Source of the DNA: Deinococcales bacterium
GTDB taxonomy: Bacteria; Deinococcota; Deinococci; Deinococcales; JAAFIG01
NCBI GenBank assembly: GCA_031414595.1
Contig: JANNVX010000014.1
Span: 32,001-96,000, forward strand
Length of the DNA stretch: 64,000 nt
Reading direction: 5' to 3'
Position 1 is the first letter of the stretch; each line of letters starts with the position of its first letter. The notes below the pieces were generated by a model that searched no databases, was not told the DNA's origin, and saw only the letters and a program-made list of their open reading frames with translations. The position numbers and the translations under genes were made by a program. This document shows, piece by piece, positions 19,437 to 27,085 of the stretch.

Positions 19437-19903
19437 GGTCTAGTCCTTACATTAAATGTAATCGTGTGAATCACGGTATCTTTTGTATCTCGAGGAAGTT
19501 CAGTAAGCTCTAATTGATGCTCGTTATTTAGGGTAAAAGCTATGGTGATTCGGCTTTTGGTTAAAGTCCATCCATCACTATTTACAGCACTTGATTCAAG
19601 AACTTGTAAAAAAGTGGTTAGAGCTTTCTCAAAGGTCGTCATAAATTGGGGGATTGGTGTTCCAAAATCATTAACAGTAAAACTTTGGCTATCCACTGAA
19701 AATTCAATGTGTACAAGTTCTTCCTTGGTGGTTACGCTGGTTGCAAGGTTTAGTTCGCTTGCTTTTCGGGTTTTGCTTGCTTTATCGAGATAGAACGCCC
19801 ATGTCACTTGGGTGATCTGAATTCTTGTGCCTAAAAGGTTATAGGTGTGCGCTATATTGAAGGTGCTTTGTACCGCACCAAGATAATCAATGGGCTGGTT
19901 CAT
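19433..19903 (-). CDS. Hypothetical protein
   Basis: Coupled by 4-nt overlaps on both sides. Confidence 0.65.
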   Translation of the reverse strand: MNQPIDYLGAVQSTFNIAHTYNLLGTRIQITQVTWAFYLDKASKTRKASELNLATSVTTKEELVHIEFSVDSQSFTVNDFGTPIPQFMTTFEKALTTFLQVLESSAVNSDGWTLTKSRITIAFTLNNEHQLELTELPRDTKDTVIHTITFNVRTRP

Positions 19904-20619
19904 TCTCGTGTCCCTAAGCCTAACTCGAGACCATCATCCAAAAGATGGTTTTCATGCTCGTTAGTTAAATTTTCCTCGAGAATAACTTTGCGTTTCATGG
20001 GTGGAATCCATTTCTTCCAATGCTCTGGGATTTCTAATCGCATTGGCTTGAGATTTTGAGCAATTAAGAAACCATGCTCGAGAACCCCAGTCATGTGTAG
20101 ATACCGAGCATCTTCGACCAAATTCAGTAAATCGAGGGTGGTTTTAGCACTGACCACAAATGGTTCTATTTTTTTGTTGTCTGGTGGGTAAACTCGCAGC
20201 AATACTAATTTCTCAGCTCGGTCTAAACGGAGGACTTTGCCAGCCGCACTCCAGAAGGTATCAGCACCATTCAAATCAACGGCATTCTCGAGGGGCATGA
20301 CTCGAGCCAAGGTGAGGTTGGCTAAGCGTTGGTCTTTGAAGGTCTTGCCGTACAACGTGGCTCTCCAAGTACCAGAGAGTTGGATTGAAGACTGTTCAGG
20401 GTGGGTGTTGCGCCACCTCGAGAAAACCCTTGGGTGAACTCGAGCGATGTAAGTACCATTTTTTGGATTGCCAAGTTGAATGGTGACTCGAGTGTTTTGC
20501 TGGTCATCTTGGATGGTGGCATTGGCTTGGATGAAGAAATGGTGGTTATAGTCGGTGTGAATACCTTTTGGCATTGGCTGTGGTGTGGTTACAAGAGTTT
20601 CAAAAACGTCATTTGACAT
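19900..20619 (-). CDS. Hypothetical protein, paralog of 20652-21248
   Basis: Shared WSA.G...D....LV..RVYP.....PF..SA motif; RBS GGAG. Confidence 0.75.
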   Translation of the reverse strand: MSNDVFETLVTTPQPMPKGIHTDYNHHFFIQANATIQDDQQNTRVTIQLGNPKNGTYIARVHPRVFSRWRNTHPEQSSIQLSGTWRATLYGKTFKDQRLANLTLARVMPLENAVDLNGADTFWSAAGKVLRLDRAEKLVLLRVYPPDNKKIEPFVVSAKTTLDLLNLVEDARYLHMTGVLEHGFLIAQNLKPMRLEIPEHWKKWIPPMKRKVILEENLTNEHENHLLDDGLELGLGTRE

Positions 20620-20651
20620 GCTATCTCCTATTCACGGGTTTCTTATCGTCT

Positions 20652-21248
20652 TTAGTTGGCTTTCCAGTTGCGCCAACGATCAGGAATTTCTAAATCTTGA
20701 TTGGTTAATACTTCTGCAACAAGCTTTTTGCCACTTAAGTTCCCTATCAAATGGACAAACTCATTTTTTCTTGGCAACTCTTGTTCTACTTTCAAACTGG
20801 CTGAAATCAAAAATGGCGTGGCTCGAGCTTGCTCAGGGTAAACCCGAATCGTGACCAATCGGTGTATTGGGTCACTTTTGGTGATTTGTCCAATAGCACT
20901 CCATCGCGGCTGGTGGGAATCTTCTCGTTCTAACTCGAGGGGTTCAATACGATGTAGGTGAAGTGGTTCAAACAGCACACTATCGTTCAAAGTGCGGAAA
21001 TGAAGCGTACATAACCACCAACGATGACTTGCTGGGTTGAGCCTTAACACATCTGCACTGGCTTTAACCCGAAGCATGGTGCTATCGGAGAGTTGGATGT
21101 CCATATTGTTACCGCTCCCTGAATCGTAAATACAAGCCGCCACTCGCATAAAAGCATGGCATCCATCAGGAATAGGAAAATCAAAAGTGAGTTTTCGTGG
21201 GGTAGTGGTCAATGGTCTGCCTCGAGCTTGGATTTTGTGACTGGTCAT
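20652..21248 (-). CDS. Hypothetical protein, paralog of 19900-20619
   Basis: Same motif; ATG 21248 after AGAGGTGG. Confidence 0.75.
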   Translation of the reverse strand: MTSHKIQARGRPLTTTPRKLTFDFPIPDGCHAFMRVAACIYDSGSGNNMDIQLSDSTMLRVKASADVLRLNPASHRWWLCTLHFRTLNDSVLFEPLHLHRIEPLELEREDSHQPRWSAIGQITKSDPIHRLVTIRVYPEQARATPFLISASLKVEQELPRKNEFVHLIGNLSGKKLVAEVLTNQDLEIPDRWRNWKAN

Positions 21249-21390
21249 AAGAAATGCCACCTCTGTACACATCGGATCGTGTTTGTTACAAAAGGTGGTG
21301 GTGTTAAACGAGATTGATTGTCTTGAACTGCCAACATGAGTTGTAAGCTCAAGTGCTGACCCTAATTGCTTGGGGCATTTACATTATAAC

Positions 21391-21406
21391 ACCGTATATA
21401 TACGGT
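21391..21406. promoter_or_regulatory. Perfect 16-bp palindrome ACCGTATATATACGGT, candidate XRE operator
   Basis: Lies between the divergent operon and the XRE gene. Confidence 0.6.
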
Positions 21407-21443
21407 TCTGCTAGTCAAAGTCAACCTGTAGCCTTCGCAAACG

Positions 21444-21671
21444 ATGCCTCGCTTTGCGGTAGACCCAGAGATAATACGTGTTCGCATTCGTCAATTACGA
21501 CTCGAACAGGGTTTAACCCAAGATGAAGTAGCAGCCCGAAGTGGAATCAACGAAAAGCACTATCAAGACCTCGAGACGGGAAGGAAAGCCTTTAATCCTA
21601 CTCTCGAGACCCTCAATGCTTTTGCTTTGACCTTTGAAGTGGAACTGGCTGTCCTTCTAAAATCGGAGTAA
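21444..21671 (+). CDS. XRE-family HTH regulator upstream of the tniQ-cas operon
   Basis: IRQLRLEQGLTQDEVA.RSGI...YQDLE.G...NPTL. Confidence 0.88.
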   Translation: MPRFAVDPEIIRVRIRQLRLEQGLTQDEVAARSGINEKHYQDLETGRKAFNPTLETLNAFALTFEVELAVLLKSE

Positions 21672-21838
21672 AACCGTAGATTCCTGACACGTTATTCGGA
21701 AATTTAACGTGAAATACACGGGAGTTTGAAAATCAGAGTTGGTCATTGTAGACCAAACAAAAACAGTATGCTAAGTTATCCGTCAGTGACAGACTATTAT
21801 AAATGTCAACGAAACCTGAATCTTGAGGTAATTAGGAT

Positions 21839-22798
21839 GTGTTTCATATGATTGAAACTGCCAAAAACCCACACTGGGCAATCCACCCTCAAATCCAAAA
21901 TGGTGAGTTGTTTGAATCTTGGATTGTGCGGTTGAGTGCCGAAAATGGCTTTCGCCTGCGCGAAGTGATACAGCAATTAGAACTCAAAAATGTCTTTTGT
22001 TCTAAAAACAATGTTGAGATCAAAGCCGTAAGAAAATTGTCGGATGCAACTGGGATACTTCAATATCGAATCCTCGAATCCCATCTTGGGTGGCTTCAAA
22101 ATCACTCTGATCTTGCCTATGCAAAAACATTTACCCTTTGGGGGCGTAGCCCATCGGACACGATACAGCATTTTAAGTTTTGCCCAGACTGTTTTGCTAA
22201 TCAAGACAAGCCACACATACTGCTTGACTGGGCATTTGAAATCACTCAGTTCTGCACGGTACATCAACGACCTTTACTCGAGCGTTGTCCAAAATGCCGC
22301 GAGCCACTTCAGTTTAGTTTGCTTTTCAACAAAACAATACAACCCGAAATCTGCTCTAATTGCAGCACAAAAATGAAAATCCATGCTCGGAAACACAGCA
22401 TTGATTTCAAATTTGGTCTCGAGCTACAAAGACAAATCTTGAGCCTCCGAAAACATGACCAAGTATCACCAAAACAATCACGAATTATCCCAGCAAAAAC
22501 GTTTTTATCAATTGTTGAGCGGATATTTTATCGCTTTACCAATTTACCCAACCAGCAAACCTTCTCTAAATTGACTGATCTCTCAGTTATGTTGCTGGAT
22601 GATCGTTTTTCGCAAGCGTACCGAAGAATAAACGCCCTGACCATTTGTGGCTGGCTTTTAGCCGACCCAATAGTACGAATTATTACTCTGCGCCAATTCA
22701 CGCAAAAGTATGTTGAATACTCGACGGCTATTCAAATTATTTCTGTTCTGAATTATGCACAAGCGACATTGCAACCACGTAATGGAACTTACCAATGA
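21839..22798 (+). CDS. tniQ: TniQ family target-selector protein
   Basis: N-terminal HP....GELFESWIVRLS..NG; zinc-binding FCPDC, FCTVH...LLERCPKC and CSNC; start at 21839 or 21848. Confidence 0.9.
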   Translation: MFHMIETAKNPHWAIHPQIQNGELFESWIVRLSAENGFRLREVIQQLELKNVFCSKNNVEIKAVRKLSDATGILQYRILESHLGWLQNHSDLAYAKTFTLWGRSPSDTIQHFKFCPDCFANQDKPHILLDWAFEITQFCTVHQRPLLERCPKCREPLQFSLLFNKTIQPEICSNCSTKMKIHARKHSIDFKFGLELQRQILSLRKHDQVSPKQSRIIPAKTFLSIVERIFYRFTNLPNQQTFSKLTDLSVMLLDDRFSQAYRRINALTICGWLLADPIVRIITLRQFTQKYVEYSTAIQIISVLNYAQATLQPRNGTYQ

Positions 22799-23529
22799 GC
22801 TTATTTGCACTCGAGGTTTGGGGCGATTACGCCTGTTTCACACGTCCTGAAACAAAAGTTGAAAGACTTAGTTACCCTGTGATGACTCCAAAAATTGCTC
22901 GAGCAATTTTTGGAGCGATCTACACCCAGTTTTCTGGGGGTGAAACACCTCACACAACTTTTTTCTGGCAAGTCAGGCGAATCGAAATCCTCAATCCAAT
23001 TGTGTTTATTTCGTTCTCACACAATGAAGTCAAAGGGAGAGCAAGCACTTACAACATTTTGCGCTCAGTTCATCAGCCCGACGCACTTCAACCGCTCATG
23101 GCAGATGGCAATGATGATTCCAGCAAAGAGACTGGGCGCACCCAACGCCAATCAATGATTTTGCGCGAGGTGCGTTATCGGATATTCGCTGAACCAGTGC
23201 TGTACAATCCAAACCAAAGCAATCTGAAGCAAATCACCCACGAATTTGCTCGACGTGCAGCCAAAGGCAAGTGTTTCCATCAGCCTTTTTTGGGATGCCG
23301 TGAATACATAGCATTTTTCCAGCCAGTTCCGCCCACATTTGGCGTTGGCGCACCGATTTTTGAAGATATTGGTTGGATGATCTACGATACGTTTGATCTA
23401 TCACAGCCAAGCTCAATCACCATTACACCAAGCATTAGTATCTTCAGGGCGACGATTCAAAACGGTGTTCTCGAGATACCGCCGTATGATAGCAACGAGG
23501 TACGCAAACTAGGACTGGGAGTGATTTGA
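22795..23529 (+). CDS. cas5c: Type I-C Cas5 (Cas5d)
   Basis: LEVWGDYACFTRPE.KVER.SYPVMTP; RRA.KG.CFHQPFLGCRE; F.A....GVL. Confidence 0.97.
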   Translation: MSLFALEVWGDYACFTRPETKVERLSYPVMTPKIARAIFGAIYTQFSGGETPHTTFFWQVRRIEILNPIVFISFSHNEVKGRASTYNILRSVHQPDALQPLMADGNDDSSKETGRTQRQSMILREVRYRIFAEPVLYNPNQSNLKQITHEFARRAAKGKCFHQPFLGCREYIAFFQPVPPTFGVGAPIFEDIGWMIYDTFDLSQPSSITITPSISIFRATIQNGVLEIPPYDSNEVRKLGLGVI

Positions 23530-25343
23530 TGCTCGAGGCTCTGATCGAATATGCTCACCGAAAACAATTGGTTCTCGAGCCTGGTTTTGCTGGCAGGCGT
23601 ATTCATTGGTTAATAAATCTTGACTCTAAAGGACAGGTTCAATCCGTTTCTTTTGCAGATGAATCCAAGCGACGAGCGAAGTTGTTTCCATGCTGTCCAG
23701 ACCTGCAACAGCCCCAACTGATCAGGCTGCCACATGTACTTAAACAGCTTGGAATACTATCAACACGAGCAGCCCACTTTTTAATGGATTCATGTTGTCG
23801 TGTGGTGCTTTATCCAGATAACGATCAGTTGGAACAACATAAGACTTTTCTAAACCTAATCCAACTAGCAAGCCAAGAAGTTAGGATATTACGACCAGTT
23901 GCAAAAATGCTTTCAAAGCAAAAGGAAATTGGTCGAGTACATCAAGCCCTCATTCAATTGAAAGCCACAAAAACCGACAAAGTATCGTTTTCGGTGGATG
24001 GAGTGGTCATACTTGAGGATACAACGTGGCATGATTGGTGGCGAAGATTTTATATAACCACAAGCTCAAAGCAAAATTCAGATCGTATGATCAGTCTGGT
24101 TTCAGGAGAAGTTATTTCGCCTGCCAGAACACATCCAGCGCTTAAATCCTTGGTCGAAAAAAAAGTAACTTTTGGAGCGGCAGTAGTGGCTGTGCATAAA
24201 ACTGCCTTTACCTCATATGGGCTAAAACAAGCCGAACACGCCGCCATGTCAGGAGCATCTGCCGCTGCCTATCATGCAGCTCTGGAAGATTTATTGAGAC
24301 AAACTAGGATGGTTCATGGTACGAAAGCGGTGTATTGGTACAACCAAGAAATTCCACTACAATCCGACCCACTGGCGCTGATGTTGCGCGATGAACGCAT
24401 AGATAACATCAACTACCGAAAACAGCTTGAGGATATTCTTTCACAAGCTCGAAAAGATGATTCTCGAGATGTTGCTTGCCATATTGCTGTGTTGCGTGAA
24501 AATGAAAATCGGGTCAGGATTTCATTGTACAAAACGCTGCGATTGAGTGAAGTGGCGGCTGGACTTATTAAATGGCTCGAGGATACTTCAATTGATGGTT
24601 TGGCAGGTACTGGTTTCGTAGTTGATCTACCCAGCGAATTTGCTGGTATGTTTCGTCAACGAGTTGGGGGAAAAAGCGATAAGGCACTTGACTTTCAACC
24701 ACTACTGATTGTGTTGTACCAGCAGATGCTCAACCCCACTCTACCCATTGCGATGGCTCTGGTTGATTATTCACTTAAATCGGTCATTACCAGCTTTGTA
24801 AAAGGCAAATTTCAGGCAGCATTTGCAACCAAGGCAGATTTACCATTGCGACAAAATTTGGTGATTTACATGGGTATTTTGAAAGCATTTTGCCGTCACT
24901 CAGGTGATCGAGACCTATTGCAACAACTGAATCCTAATCATCCTAATTCACACTATCAAACAGGTCGGCTCACTGCGATGCTCGAGCGTATTGATGGGTT
25001 GAATAATCCTCCACATGTTGAACTCAAAAACCAAAGGTTGTTTTTGCAAATTATGACGACACCGAACAATATCCTGCAAGAAAAAATGGCTTCCAGTCAA
25101 CGAAAGCTCAAGCGACTTGAAAGAACTCGACGATGGTTCAGCCTATACTTACAAAAAGAAATGAATACGATTTGGGAGAATCTTGATGCTAAGGTTCGGA
25201 GTAATAGCTCAGTAAAACGCCAATGCTTATTCCTATTGGGTTACTTTCAACAAACCATTTCTCAATTGATTGAACCTGTGCAAAACGATGATTTTTACAA
25301 TTTGGAGTCGAGAACCTTTAAGGAGCAACATGAAACCGATTGA
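23526..25343 (+). CDS. cas8c: Type I-C large subunit Cas8c/Csd1
   Basis: ML.AL..YA N-terminus; AFTSYG..Q...A; C-terminal Y..GRL.A.LE and Q..FLLGYFQQ; lies between cas5 and cas7. Confidence 0.9.
   Translation: MMLEALIEYAHRKQLVLEPGFAGRRIHWLINLDSKGQVQSVSFADESKRRAKLFPCCPDLQQPQLIRLPHVLKQLGILSTRAAHFLMDSCCRVVLYPDNDQLEQHKTFLNLIQLASQEVRILRPVAKMLSKQKEIGRVHQALIQLKATKTDKVSFSVDGVVILEDTTWHDWWRRFYITTSSKQNSDRMISLVSGEVISPARTHPALKSLVEKKVTFGAAVVAVHKTAFTSYGLKQAEHAAMSGASAAAYHAALEDLLRQTRMVHGTKAVYWYNQEIPLQSDPLALMLRDERIDNINYRKQLEDILSQARKDDSRDVACHIAVLRENENRVRISLYKTLRLSEVAAGLIKWLEDTSIDGLAGTGFVVDLPSEFAGMFRQRVGGKSDKALDFQPLLIVLYQQMLNPTLPIAMALVDYSLKSVITSFVKGKFQAAFATKADLPLRQNLVIYMGILKAFCRHSGDRDLLQQLNPNHPNSHYQTGRLTAMLERIDGLNNPPHVELKNQRLFLQIMTTPNNILQEKMASSQRKLKRLERTRRWFSLYLQKEMNTIWENLDAKVRSNSSVKRQCLFLLGYFQQTISQLIEPVQNDDFYNLESRTFKEQHETD
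24918..25343 (+). CDS. cas11: Putative internally translated Cas11 (141 aa, in frame within cas8c)
   Basis: AGGTGA at 24902-24907, then an in-frame TTG at 24918 just before the Y..GRL motif. Confidence 0.55.
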   Translation: MQQLNPNHPNSHYQTGRLTAMLERIDGLNNPPHVELKNQRLFLQIMTTPNNILQEKMASSQRKLKRLERTRRWFSLYLQKEMNTIWENLDAKVRSNSSVKRQCLFLLGYFQQTISQLIEPVQNDDFYNLESRTFKEQHETD

Positions 25344-26295
25344 AAATCGCTACGAATTTCTACTCATTTTTGATTGCGAAAATGGCAATCCCAATGGTGA
25401 TCCCGACGCAGAAAACCTTCCAAGAATAGACTCCCAAGACGGTCATGGATTGGTCTCTCCAGAATCAATCAAACGAAAGATTCGTGACCGTATTGCCCTG
25501 AATGGTATAGAAATCTTTATCCAACACCAAACCAATCTCAATCGTGCGATTTTTGCGGCGCGTGAACAGAGTAATACCTTAAAAGACAAATCCACCAAGA
25601 TAACATTACAAAACGCCGCTGCAATTATGTGTAAACGATTTTATGATGTTCGGACTTTCGGTGGGGTAATGACTACAGGTGTCAATTCAGGTCAATTGAC
25701 TGGACCTGTGCAGATTACATTAGCTCGCAGTGTTGACCCAGTTCATATCATGGATTGGGGAATTACTAGAGTGGCTGTTGCCGAAACTGTCCAAGGAGCA
25801 AAAACCCTGGCTGACTACGAACAATGGGAATCCGAACAAAATGCTTCAGATTTAAGAACTATGGGACGGAAAAGCCTGATTCCATATGGATTATTCGTAG
25901 CCAAAGGCTGCATCAGTGCGTTTGATGCGGAAAGAACAGGGTTTTCAGAAGCTGACCTCGAATTGCTCTGCGAAAGCATGTTAGACATGTTTGAACACAG
26001 TCGCAGTGCCAGTCGTGGTTTGATGACCACAAGGCGCTTGGTAATTTTTAAGCATATAGGATCATCCAAAGACCCCAAAGTGCGCCTCAAACAAGCTAAA
26101 CTAGGGCGTATTCCAGCACAAAATTTGCTCGAGTTAGGCAGAATTGTTCGCATTTCTCGCGTCAATAAAGATGCTTTTCCTCGAGCCTATCACGATTACG
26201 ACGTGGTTGTGGATACCAGTGCATTACCAGAAACCATTGAAGTGCTGGATTTAGATTTGTGGGATGAAGAAAAGTTTCGCTCGGCTTGGGTTTAA
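25330..26295 (+). CDS. cas7c: Type I-C Cas7 (Csd2)
   Basis: IENRYEF...FD..NGNPNGDPDA.N.PRID; FYDVRTFG.V; GPVQ; TMGRK..PYGL; ATG 25330 after AGGAG. Confidence 0.97.
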   Translation: MKPIENRYEFLLIFDCENGNPNGDPDAENLPRIDSQDGHGLVSPESIKRKIRDRIALNGIEIFIQHQTNLNRAIFAAREQSNTLKDKSTKITLQNAAAIMCKRFYDVRTFGGVMTTGVNSGQLTGPVQITLARSVDPVHIMDWGITRVAVAETVQGAKTLADYEQWESEQNASDLRTMGRKSLIPYGLFVAKGCISAFDAERTGFSEADLELLCESMLDMFEHSRSASRGLMTTRRLVIFKHIGSSKDPKVRLKQAKLGRIPAQNLLELGRIVRISRVNKDAFPRAYHDYDVVVDTSALPETIEVLDLDLWDEEKFRSAWV

Positions 26296-26467
26296 GCGAA
26301 CCCTTAGTGGCACTAAAATCACCTATAGTTCGCGGAAACCAAATTTCGTCTATGACGTGATTCTTCTGTGCGATATTGAGTAGTGATCAAAAAATTAATG
26401 TTGAATTATTGGGTTCGCAGAATGTATTCCTTTTTGACTTTGTACTATGAAAAGATATACATTTACA
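26296..26467 (+). promoter_or_regulatory. CRISPR leader with predicted promoter TTGACT(26434)-18 bp-TACATT(26458)
   Basis: GCGAACCC...GTTCGC...GGGTTCGC leader-type motifs; AT-rich; ends at the first repeat. Confidence 0.7.
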
Positions 26468-26645
26468 GTCTCAATGGCATCTAGCCGTCGAGACGCTTGA
26501 AACCAAACCCGACGAAAGGATGCACATTACGATAATCCGTCTCATGGGCATCTAGCCGTCGAGACACTTGAAACATTGCCATCTAAAGTCCAATCACATA
26601 CATTGGCATGTCTCTATAGCTTTTAGACATTGCGATGCTCGAGAT
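26468..26645 (+). CRISPR. Minimal CRISPR array: 36-nt repeats at 26468, 26539 and degenerate 26610; two 35-nt spacers
   Basis: Repeat GTCTCAATGGCATCTAGCCGTCGAGACGCTTGAAAC (hairpin, GAAAC end); third copy is 24/36 identical; period 71. Confidence 0.92.
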
Positions 26646-26717
26646 TTGGAACTTTACAAAAAAAGTCTTTGCAGTAGCGACAATAAACCGTTAGCACCAC
26701 TACATTCTCTTAAAACC

Positions 26718-26746
26718 TTGAATAAACATAGGACATGAGCTAGGAT
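26718..26746 (+). promoter_or_regulatory. Predicted promoter for the delocalised repeat-spacer: TTGAAT-17 bp-TAGGAT
   Basis: Canonical spacing; predicted start falls at the 5' end of repeat 26751. Confidence 0.6.
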
Positions 26747-26750
26747 TACA

Positions 26751-26808
26751 GCCTCAACGGTACTTAGCCATCGAGACGCTTGAAACTAACCAATTGACCT
26801 ATATGCCC
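26751..26808 (+). CRISPR. Delocalised atypical repeat (26751-26786) plus tRNA-targeting homing spacer (26787-26808)
   Basis: Repeat GCCTCAACGGTACTTAGCCATCGAGACGCTTGAAAC; spacer TAACCAATTGACCTATATGCCC matches the minus strand of 27086-27107 at 18/22. Confidence 0.88.
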
Positions 26809-26890
26809 GAATTTATTTTTTCCAAAGCCTCTTGTTCCAGATATGCGGAGGTCAAAGCCAAAAGGTTTGCTTGAAAGGAGTATTGGGATC

Positions 26891-27038
26891 ACTGACACGG
26901 TAAACGATAAGAAATGATATAGAATTTAACTCGAGTTCGTTAAACACAATGTTTATTTAGGAAAGTTCAATCAGTGCCACGGTAAACGATATTGACATTC
27001 ATAAAAATAATTACTGACAAAGTAAACGATAATTCACA
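26891..27038 (-). repeat. Tn7-like transposon end with three TnsB-type binding repeats
   Basis: ACTGACACGGTAAACGAT (26891), AGTGCCACGGTAAACGAT (26973), ACTGACAAAGTAAACGAT (27013), then 8 bp AATTCACA, i.e. a 5'-TGT terminus. Confidence 0.85.
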
Positions 27039-27043
27039 CCTAT

Positions 27044-27072
27044 TTGCCAAATGTGCATTTTACGGTTAATCT
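27044..27072 (+). promoter_or_regulatory. tRNA promoter TTGCCA-17 bp-TAATCT
   Basis: Canonical spacing, 13 bp upstream of the tRNA. Confidence 0.7.
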
Positions 27073-27085
27073 AGGGGTCGTGCGA

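Larger units (their letters stand above)
1..27038. mobile_element. Tn7-like (CRISPR-associated) transposon arm; other end and tnsABC presumably left of the window
   Basis: Terminal TGTGAATT (minus strand) at 27038 with three 18-bp repeats; tniQ plus Cascade inside; accessory genes to the left and core genes to the right. The left extent is inferred, not seen. Confidence 0.7.

Noticed and set aside
1-21800. tnsA/tnsB/tnsC genes or a second transposon end
   Set aside because: No DDE integrase or AAA+ ORF recognised, and no further GTAAACGAT-type repeats seen by eye.
25270-25329. Longer N-terminus for Cas7 given in the ORF track
   Set aside because: Family homology begins at MKPIENRYEF, and AGGAG precedes ATG 25330.
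22795-26645. Ordinary defensive type I-C CRISPR-Cas system
   Set aside because: No cas3 or adaptation genes adjacent, tniQ occupies the usual cas3 position, and a self-matching spacer is tolerated. Cas3 acting in trans cannot be excluded from this window.
26842-26877. A fifth bona fide CRISPR repeat
   Set aside because: Only AGCCA and GCTTGAAA match, and the spacing (55 nt) is off; kept only as a possible relic.
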